DNA of 64,000 nucleotides from an archaeon (GTDB taxonomy: Archaea; Undinarchaeota; Undinarchaeia; Undinarchaeales; JBDRKL01), in NCBI GenBank assembly GCA_043814055.1, contig JBDRKL010000009.1, forward strand, positions 17,751 through 81,750, given 5' to 3'. The notes below the pieces were generated by a model that saw only the letters and a list, made by a program, of their open reading frames with translations, was not told the origin of the DNA and did no database searches. This document shows, one piece after another, positions 56,820-64,000 of the stretch. Position 1 is the stretch's first letter. The number at the start of each line of letters is the position of its first letter. Made by a program: the position numbers and the translations under genes.

Positions 56820-57914
56820 TTAATCGTATAGCGCCCCATCAACATTGTAATATGACGCGTGGTCGTTAGTCCCTGCCTGATCATCTATCCTAAACCAGCT
56901 GTACTGGGCGGTCACGTTTATCACTTTCCTGCCCCCAACTGGCGAGCCGAAATACACGTGGTCAACACAGCTCTGGTTCTCCTTGATTATTGTGGACTGG
57001 AGCCCGCTTGGTATTCTGGACTGCAATTCGGAGACGCTAACGAACGTTTCCAGGCCTATGGTAACGTTAGCTTTGGGTATATTTAACCCTTCTTCTACAA
57101 ACATGTCGTGAGCCATCGTCACGTAATAATCGTGCCGCGTGGCGTCGTCCAAGTCGCCGAGCTTGCCCTCAAGCCGCTCAAAAAAGCACGGGCCGTCTAT
57201 GCTCTCGTAGTAAGTCTTGTTGTATATTGCGTCAATCATCAGGTCAGTATTGCCAAGCTCACCTGGGCTGTGCGAGCCTTGCGAGATGACCCTGCTCACG
57301 TGGCCGTAGGTTTCCAGCGTGTACAGGGGGTCTTCTGTGCCGGTTATGCCAACCTCGCCGTTTATCCAGTTGTCAGCTCTTGGCAAGGAGCCGTTAAAAG
57401 TGCAGTAGCCGTAATTGTCAACAAGCGTGAAATTTTCAACCCGGATTCTAACCCGGAATTCCCAGGGGGTGTAGGGCACGACATCTATGGTGAATTGTGA
57501 AAGCTCCATGTTTGAGGTGAACGCGCGCTGCTCTGCAAGCGAATTTATCTTTGGAATCCAGTCTGCAAGAGTCTGATTTTCCAACTGGTAAACCGCCTCC
57601 CCGTCCAGGGTTCCGTTGCGCACCATAACCTCAATGCGCTCGGTGGCATTTCCAAATGGATTGCCCTCGGTTACCACAAGGTCAACCGCATGGATCGCTG
57701 ACCTCTTTCCAGAAATCACCGCAGCCCTGTCAAGGTCGCGCTCCATATCGTCAAGGAATGATATCATTTCATCACACCTTACGCGATAGACCATTGACTC
57801 GCCGTGCTCGCGGGTCTGCTCCATCCTGATTGCGACCGTGCTGAGAAGCACCACTGCAAAAAGCGCTGCAATCACTGTGAGAACCATTGCCTTTTTGTTC
57901 CTGATTGCCCTCAT
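56820..57914 (-). CDS. Minor pilin-like protein
   Basis: NKKA-MVLT class III-like signal; DPLY and GPCFFERLEG motifs. Confidence 0.75.
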   Translation of the reverse strand: MRAIRNKKAMVLTVIAALFAVVLLSTVAIRMEQTREHGESMVYRVRCDEMISFLDDMERDLDRAAVISGKRSAIHAVDLVVTEGNPFGNATERIEVMVRNGTLDGEAVYQLENQTLADWIPKINSLAEQRAFTSNMELSQFTIDVVPYTPWEFRVRIRVENFTLVDNYGYCTFNGSLPRADNWINGEVGITGTEDPLYTLETYGHVSRVISQGSHSPGELGNTDLMIDAIYNKTYYESIDGPCFFERLEGKLGDLDDATRHDYYVTMAHDMFVEEGLNIPKANVTIGLETFVSVSELQSRIPSGLQSTIIKENQSCVDHVYFGSPVGGRKVINVTAQYSWFRIDDQAGTNDHASYYNVDGALYD

Positions 57915-60331
57915 TGCCACACCTCCAGCGTGAATCGGCTTGGACCCCACAGGGACGGGATTTTGAGAGCCGCTGTTGAGTTTACCTCAATATTGTTTAT
58001 GTTTATGTTGATACCTCTCTCCGCAAGGGCGTTCTGCAGGCGCTCAAGCGCGTCCTGCTCTGCGTCAGTTTGATTGGAGAACACACCCCCAAAGCCAATG
58101 CGCTCTGAAATCATAACAGTGTAAATAAGACGGTTGTGAGGCGAGCCGCCGGTTGCATTGTATGGCGTGTTTCCTGTCCCAACGCCAAGACTGAAATTCT
58201 CACCCTCATCAAAGTACTGCAGGGGCAGCTGCACTGTGAACGGGTCGCCGAGCGCATAGTAAGTTGTGCTGTAATCGGCGAGCGTGTAAGAGACATGCCA
58301 CTGACCAGTTGTCTGGTTCTTGACCTGGACCCTGTCTGTCCACTTTGAGCCGGAGTAGGAGGTTGTTTTCGCGTCTGTCACAAGAACCTCGGTAGGCACT
58401 TGGAAGGTAAAGTTCTTGTAAGGGGACGCAACCTCGCCGCCGAAGCGCTCGGTTTGCAGAGTGAGGCTTATGTTGCCGAAGCTGTACGCCTGCACAATTG
58501 GAGTGTAATTGTATCTTATGTATGAGTCAGTATAGAGCGTGTTGTTGTACGCGGTTGTGTTCGCACGCTGGTATGAGTAAGTGACATTTGCGTTTGTTGA
58601 GAGGTTCGCTATTTGCTTGTAGATTTCCTTGAGCTCGGTGAAATTATTGCTGGAGAAGTAAGTACCATTGGCACAGTCTGCAATTGCCTGCAGTGTCTCA
58701 GCGTCAGCACCAGTCCCAAACCCGACAGTGTAGATTATTATGCCGTAGTCATTAAACGCGTCGCAGGAGAGGTTTATCGCCTGCTGCTTCGCGACCGCAA
58801 CTGTGCAAAATGCCGCAGGAATTCCATAGCACTTGTCAGCTGTGCCGTCACCCATCAGGACTATTGAGCGCTTGTGAAGGGCGCTGCTCTGCTCAACCAG
58901 AATAGCCTCAGACTCGGCTATTGCGCAGGCAAAGCAGGTGTTGGCGGTTGATGTGCCGTAACTTGAGATTCGGTTCTGCAGCGTGGCGTTATTGTTGGTG
59001 AGGTCAATCGTGTGACCCCAGATAACTGTCGCGTGGTACGAGATAAGCCCAACCCTATTCCACGGGACCGAGAGTACATAGTTCACGAAGTCGCTGTCAA
59101 GCACTTTTGCAACATCAAGCCGGCTCATCCCTGGCGCGCCAACTACGTCCTGGGTGTCCATGCTTGACGAAACATCAGTCGTGAGCACAATGTCGCTGGG
59201 CACTGCGCCCTCTGCAGAGTAGAAACCAGGCTTGGTTCCCAGGCGAACCGGAACTGTCCTGTTGCTGAGGAAGTTATAGTCAAGCAGTTGCGAGAGCTGT
59301 GAATTCGTAAGCGTGACGTTTACTTCTTCATCAAAAACACTTGCCTCGTGAACTGTGATGTTTCCAATTGTGAGATTCATTGGATTTTGAGTGTAGTAAT
59401 GGAGATACGCTTCCATGTTGGTTAGGGTGCCAGGGACGTAGAAGGACGAAAATACGTTTATGAAGCCGTCTATGCCTGGGAACTCATAGGTGCTTGAATT
59501 TGTCTCTGGCTCTGTGTTCATTTCGTTGGTGTCGTAGGTGACCCTAAGGAACCCGCCTGCAATGTACTGCCATTCCATTTCGCCGCTGTGGAACACTATC
59601 TCCATCTCGTTCTGGCCAGAATTGAAATTGTTGTGGTAAGACGAGCTGACGTTCCACTCTGTTGAATAGAATTCTGAGAGATTCTCAGCCGTGTAATTGC
59701 CAGAGTACTGGCTGTTTATGTAGAGCGTGAAGTTACTGCCCACGTCCATCTCCATTGTCACGTTGCGTATCGTGAAATTCGTTGGGAGATAGATGTAGCG
59801 GGTTATGTTGCCCTCACCCACGTAGCCGCCGAAATAAGCATACTCGTTTGTGCGCTTGTTGCTTATGCTGGTCAAATACGCGCGCGCCTTGAAGCCCTCA
59901 ACTGGCTTGCCAATCTCATAGCCCGAAGCGACCCTGTTTGCTATGGCAATCTCAGACGCAGAGGACTCGTTCGGGTAGCCCAACCCGCTCTCGTAGATGA
60001 CTTGGTCTGAAAACTTGAGCCGGAATCCGGTTCGGGCGGTTAGTATGCCCTCAAGATTGTTCTTTGCCAGGTTAGCGGCTATCTGGCAGTCCGTGCCGTC
60101 CCCTGGAGCAGTGCAGTTGCCGTCAACCCAATAGGTGCCTATGTCATCAAGTATCCTCTGCTCGCTGAGGTACTCCATCGCGTCCTCACTCGTGTAGTGC
60201 AACTGCTCGTAGCTTGAATGAGTCCCAATCCGCGTTGAATTCAGGTTTGAGACGAGCACGAGCACTGAGATGAATAGGATTAATGCTATCACCGCATCCA
60301 TTGTAAAGACAAAACCGCGTGTATTTTTCAT
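57911..60331 (-). CDS. vWA-domain pilin-like adhesin
   Basis: TRG-FVFTMDA class III signal; MIDAS DVSSS, MGDG, IYTVGFG. Confidence 0.85.
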   Translation of the reverse strand: MKNTRGFVFTMDAVIALILFISVLVLVSNLNSTRIGTHSSYEQLHYTSEDAMEYLSEQRILDDIGTYWVDGNCTAPGDGTDCQIAANLAKNNLEGILTARTGFRLKFSDQVIYESGLGYPNESSASEIAIANRVASGYEIGKPVEGFKARAYLTSISNKRTNEYAYFGGYVGEGNITRYIYLPTNFTIRNVTMEMDVGSNFTLYINSQYSGNYTAENLSEFYSTEWNVSSSYHNNFNSGQNEMEIVFHSGEMEWQYIAGGFLRVTYDTNEMNTEPETNSSTYEFPGIDGFINVFSSFYVPGTLTNMEAYLHYYTQNPMNLTIGNITVHEASVFDEEVNVTLTNSQLSQLLDYNFLSNRTVPVRLGTKPGFYSAEGAVPSDIVLTTDVSSSMDTQDVVGAPGMSRLDVAKVLDSDFVNYVLSVPWNRVGLISYHATVIWGHTIDLTNNNATLQNRISSYGTSTANTCFACAIAESEAILVEQSSALHKRSIVLMGDGTADKCYGIPAAFCTVAVAKQQAINLSCDAFNDYGIIIYTVGFGTGADAETLQAIADCANGTYFSSNNFTELKEIYKQIANLSTNANVTYSYQRANTTAYNNTLYTDSYIRYNYTPIVQAYSFGNISLTLQTERFGGEVASPYKNFTFQVPTEVLVTDAKTTSYSGSKWTDRVQVKNQTTGQWHVSYTLADYSTTYYALGDPFTVQLPLQYFDEGENFSLGVGTGNTPYNATGGSPHNRLIYTVMISERIGFGGVFSNQTDAEQDALERLQNALAERGINININNIEVNSTAALKIPSLWGPSRFTLEVWQ

Positions 60332-60795
60332 CTGCCCCTCCACACGTAGAGGTACATAATAGCCGGGTTGTCGTACAAGGTTGCTATCCTCCTAACCACC
60401 ACGATGTTTGTTGCGTTTGAGTAATCAGCAGAGGTGTTCAGCGGGGTTGAGAGATAATAGAGCACCTGATCATTGGTGTCAACAACCCTGAAGTAGAATT
60501 CATAGCCCTCAAGCCCGACCTGATTCCTTGAGAGGTTGTAGGGGGAAAGCACAAAGTCCGCGGTCTTTACAGGGTCCAAAATATTGCTTTGGTTGACAAG
60601 TTCAATGCGGAGCATTGAGCTTGTTGCGTCAAATGCGGCACGGCGCATGTCCAGCTGGTCCTGCCGCGTGTTTATCTCGTTCGCGGTGGAGTTCCATTGC
60701 GTGACAAGCATCGTGGCCATCAGCATTGCGAGCGTCACGGCCATGAAGATGTCCATTGAAAAGAGCTGACCCTTAGAGGATTTGGATTGTGCCAT
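60328..60795 (-). CDS. Minor pilin
   Basis: SKGQLFSMD class III signal. Confidence 0.8.
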   Translation of the reverse strand: MAQSKSSKGQLFSMDIFMAVTLAMLMATMLVTQWNSTANEINTRQDQLDMRRAAFDATSSMLRIELVNQSNILDPVKTADFVLSPYNLSRNQVGLEGYEFYFRVVDTNDQVLYYLSTPLNTSADYSNATNIVVVRRIATLYDNPAIMYLYVWRGR

Positions 60796-61180
60796 TGTTG
60801 TTCCTCACCTCCACGGTTTGCGCCTTGGCTATCGGCGGCGTGTAATCCACATTGCTGGTTAGTATCCTGCAGAAAACTGTTTTACCCCCCACCTGAACCG
60901 TGACAGTCTTGTTCTCTATCGTGACGTTGTAGTCCTTGTCCTTTATCTTGTAGGGCATAAGTATGAAAGCGGAAAAACCGTCGCCCCCATTGTGGGCAAG
61001 GTTTATGCCGGATGAAAGCCGATTGCACGCTTCCCCCCCGTTCAGCTGCACCGAGAGCTCGTAAGTTGACCTTTGCTGCATCCCGCTTATCAAGAAATAC
61101 AAGAAGAACATCATTAGTACAATGCTAACCATTGTCATGAATTCCATTGAGGACTGACCCTTAGGATTGCTGCGTGACAT
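60773..61180 (-). CDS. Minor pilin
   Basis: PKGQSSMEF class III signal. Confidence 0.82.
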   Translation of the reverse strand: MSRSNPKGQSSMEFMTMVSIVLMMFFLYFLISGMQQRSTYELSVQLNGGEACNRLSSGINLAHNGGDGFSAFILMPYKIKDKDYNVTIENKTVTVQVGGKTVFCRILTSNVDYTPPIAKAQTVEVRNNNGTIQIL

Positions 61181-61577
61181 TTACGTAGTAGCCCTCAGAC
61201 TTGACCAGCATATTATAATAGCCGCTGTTGGTGGGAAGCTCGCCCTGCAGATTGACCTTTGAAACCGCGTGCACATCCGTGAAACCAGAGCCAACCCGAA
61301 TTCGTATGGATATTTCATTGCCGGTTATGGTGGCGCTGTGGACTTTCTGCGGTATCTGCACGAGCACGGTTGTTCTTGCCGGGTAACCCTGCGCATAAAC
61401 CAGGTCTGCTGCCTCAACGAGCGCATTGACAGAACTTCTTGCAGTTGAGATGTACATAGTGTCCTTGGCAGCAGAGGTCCAAGTGTAAGCAAAAAGAGTC
61501 ATGGCCATGATGATGACCAGTGCTATACCCACTGTGCTCATATACTCAATTGCGGCCTGGCCCTTGTCTTTAGGCAT
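61161..61577 (-). CDS. Minor pilin
   Basis: DKGQAAIEY class III signal; ADLVYAQG motif. Confidence 0.85.
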   Translation of the reverse strand: MPKDKGQAAIEYMSTVGIALVIIMAMTLFAYTWTSAAKDTMYISTARSSVNALVEAADLVYAQGYPARTTVLVQIPQKVHSATITGNEISIRIRVGSGFTDVHAVSKVNLQGELPTNSGYYNMLVKSEGYYVNVTQQS

Positions 61578-61684
61578 GGAAAAAGGGTAGGGGCTGGACG
61601 TTTATATGTTTAATTATTTCTTTGCAAACTGTGAATAAAAACTGCAACGCGCACTATTTAAGTTTTAAAAACCAATAAGGGATT

Positions 61685-62011
61685 ATGTTAATAAAAAAAC
61701 TCAATCTCAGGCTGAATGAGAAAGTCCTTGCAAACGTTGCCGCGAACATGTTCCGCGACATAGAAGGGGTTGGCGGCAAGCTCAGGGTTACGAACCAGAG
61801 ATTGCTTTTTGAGCCGCACTTGCTCAATCTGCAGAACAAGCCAGAAGCCATTTTGCTCAAGGACGTGAAAAGTGCTTCAAAAAGAATGACGCTTCTTTTT
61901 ATTCCAAACGGCATGCTTGTCACGATGAAATCCGGCAAGGAGCATAAGTTTGTGCTTTGGAGCAGGGAAAAAATTATTGGATTAATAAACGAGCAGATAA
62001 AAAATATATAA
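61685..62011 (+). CDS. GRAM/PH-like domain protein
   Basis: ANMFRDIEGVGGKLRVTNQRLLFEPH signature. Confidence 0.75.
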   Translation: MLIKKLNLRLNEKVLANVAANMFRDIEGVGGKLRVTNQRLLFEPHLLNLQNKPEAILLKDVKSASKRMTLLFIPNGMLVTMKSGKEHKFVLWSREKIIGLINEQIKNI

Positions 62012-62034
62012 GTGGTCTTGCTTAACTAACAAAT

Positions 62035-62520
62035 ATGATACCTTGGATATTGCTTAACATTTTGATTGGATTAATTGTAGTCGGACTGCTCGCTGTGTTT
62101 ATGGTTAGAAGCAAGAAAGCTCGAGATATTGACTATAAAACATATTACACAATGGGCCTAACTTGGCTCCCGCTTGGAATTGTGTTTATGATTGTATTTG
62201 ACGGAATGCCAATTGGCATGGTCTTTATGATAATGGGCGCGGTGTATATGGCAATCGGCTTGAAGAACAAGGACAAGTGGGGCAAGCCGGTGAAAATGAC
62301 CAAGAAACAGCAGAAGATGCGGGGCTGGTTGATAGCTGTCGGGGTCATTATACTCTTGCTTGCGTTTGTTGCATTCATTGCTGTTGAAGAGGGCTTCTTC
62401 AGTGACAAAGAGGAGATAACAAGCTTTGACGAGTGCATTGCAGCAGGGTTTCCTGCAATGGAGTCATACCCAAGGCAGTGCAGCAACGGAGAAAATACGT
62501 TTACTGAAGAGCTCAGCTGA
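62035..62520 (+). CDS. Membrane protein with C-terminal disulfide mini-domain
   Basis: Four TM helices; SFDECIAAGFPAMESYPRQC motif. Confidence 0.7.
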   Translation: MIPWILLNILIGLIVVGLLAVFMVRSKKARDIDYKTYYTMGLTWLPLGIVFMIVFDGMPIGMVFMIMGAVYMAIGLKNKDKWGKPVKMTKKQQKMRGWLIAVGVIILLLAFVAFIAVEEGFFSDKEEITSFDECIAAGFPAMESYPRQCSNGENTFTEELS

Positions 62521-62872
62521 GAAGGGTAATTTTAATTTCCTTATAGGTTTTTGAAAAGATTTCCCTGCGAAAGTATATTTCAACTTCAAGCTCGCGGCTT
62601 TCAACTGATTCGCGGGTGTTTTTCTTGAAGAGTATGAAGCATATCCAATCCTTTTTTGGAATGTAACTGAAGCTTGGCAAACCCTTTGCCCCTTTTGGAA
62701 GCTTGTTGATGAAATAGCCCTCAAAAATTGCATTTTTGCAGGAGAGTAGCATTTGCCCCCTGCGTACCGCTATGCGCTCAGTTTGATTAAATTCCACTTC
62801 AACCCTGACTTTTTTCCTGTGCAGCTCAGGACTGCGGGATTCAAGGTCTGCGAGGAACTTGTCAAAATCCAT
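62513..62872 (-). CDS. Hypothetical protein
   Basis: ATG directly after the upstream stop; no motif recognised. Confidence 0.5.
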   Translation of the reverse strand: MDFDKFLADLESRSPELHRKKVRVEVEFNQTERIAVRRGQMLLSCKNAIFEGYFINKLPKGAKGLPSFSYIPKKDWICFILFKKNTRESVESRELEVEIYFRREIFSKTYKEIKITLLS

Positions 62873-62873
62873 C

Positions 62874-63512
62874 CTACGCCTTAGCCTCCATAACCTCAAA
62901 GAGCTTCCTGAGATCTATTTTCGTGTTAACACAGCCTGGCGCCTCAAGCTCAACGCCGAGCCCGGGAATTTTGTATTTAGCGCTTGTATTCAGCCCTTCC
63001 TTGAGCTCAAAGAGGCATCCAACGCCTATGCCTGCCTTTGGCCTTACTTCTTTCATGCGCCTTGACGCAAACGCGCCCCCTGGTGCAATCGCCACTTTGT
63101 AGCCGAGCTCATTCGCCTTTTTCATGATTTTTGAAATATCGCAATTACCGCACTGCACGCACTGAATACCGTTCTTTGTGGTTTTTGCAGGGCACTTTGT
63201 GGAATGCCTTAAGCACTGCGGAAGCAAAAGGAGCCTGTCCTTGTACTCGGTTTCTGCGAATGCTTTTGAGTTTAATTTATTTCGTATCTGCACCGCAAGC
63301 TTTGACACAGAATCGTTCTCTACACCGAAGAAATTCAGAAGCGCCTGAGCAGGAGCCTCAAACGCGGTGATTAGGAACATCATCAGGCTGGGGAGTATTG
63401 CGCGGCCTGACCTGAGCGAAATCGCAACAAGAATCGCGAGGAGCGAAATGCTAATCACTGCGAATATGAAAAAAATCCAGACCGAGTAACCGATGATGTA
63501 AATCAGGTCCAT
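62874..63512 (-). CDS. DUF116-family protein
   Basis: LLLLPQCLR..CPA...CVQCGNC, GVGCLFEL, GCVNT. Confidence 0.88.
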   Translation of the reverse strand: MDLIYIIGYSVWIFFIFAVISISLLAILVAISLRSGRAILPSLMMFLITAFEAPAQALLNFFGVENDSVSKLAVQIRNKLNSKAFAETEYKDRLLLLPQCLRHSTKCPAKTTKNGIQCVQCGNCDISKIMKKANELGYKVAIAPGGAFASRRMKEVRPKAGIGVGCLFELKEGLNTSAKYKIPGLGVELEAPGCVNTKIDLRKLFEVMEAKA

Positions 63513-63594
63513 ACTAATTCTATGGTGGCTTCTTTATTTAAAACCTGTGAACTTGGAAAAATATTTAATATGCCTTGAAGAAACTATAATTGAA

Positions 63595-64000
63595 ATGAGC
63601 GACATAAATCTCACGCTGGATTTTCTGAAGCAGAAGCGCAAGGAAATTGAAAAAGTCCTGCAGGAAAAGGGCATTTTAAATCTCGCCCAATTGTGCAAGG
63701 ATGACTATGACGGAATTTGGGACTCGCTAAGAGAAGGATATGGAGAAAAGAAGATAGCTCCAAAGGCACCGCGCTATTTCCACAAGGAACAAACTGTTAT
63801 TGACTCCAGCAATATGTCCCTCAGAGAGTCAATAAAGGGGTTAAGCATAGAAAAAAGAGGTAAGGAAGTTGACCGCATACTTGAATGTGTGTGGCAGCAC
63901 CGCCAAGCTCTGAGCTACCAGAGGCCGCTGGACGAGAAGCTATTTGACAGTTACAGAATCAAGGTCTATGAAATCATAACCAACCGGCTTGGTTCGTGGG
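63595..64000 (+). CDS. Hypothetical protein, truncated by the window end
   Basis: Open frame MSDINLTLDFLKQKRKEIE... running to the end of the window. Confidence 0.55.
   Translation, partial: MSDINLTLDFLKQKRKEIEKVLQEKGILNLAQLCKDDYDGIWDSLREGYGEKKIAPKAPRYFHKEQTVIDSSNMSLRESIKGLSIEKRGKEVDRILECVWQHRQALSYQRPLDEKLFDSYRIKVYEIITNRLGSW

Overview
Archaeal chromosomal window. The archaeal assignment rests on rpl39e/rpl31e/rplX/rps19e, Spt5, prefoldin alpha, Trm56, NucS, BHB-type tRNA introns and class III signal peptides. The gene style and orphan surface proteins look DPANN-like, but that placement is inference. Core content: a translation/SRP operon (rnp4 to ftsY), a large de novo purine/CTP cluster (purH, purC, pyrG, purL, purQ, purF, purD, purE, purM, guaAB, guaAA), the ftsZ-secE-spt5-rpl11-rpl1-rplP0 operon, a SAMP/TtuA pair, a type IV pilus locus, four tRNAs (two with introns), SRP RNA and a DpnII-like restriction-modification pair. 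AT-rich orphan genes are wedged between core genes. Most notable unexplained structure: (1) five intergenic cassettes, each a 20-39 codon mini-ORF ending on the next gene's start (four also begin 1-5 nt after the previous gene's stop) and carrying mutually exclusive hairpins over the RBS/start; (2) a ~57-bp REP-like double hairpin found in-frame inside ftsY and rplX as well as intergenically and at a tRNA; (3) a six-HTH-repeat nuclease at the tRNA-Gln 3' end; (4) an orphaned second rplP0 tail with no P1 gene in the operon. No CRISPR array, rRNA or transposase was seen. All alignments and counts were done by eye.
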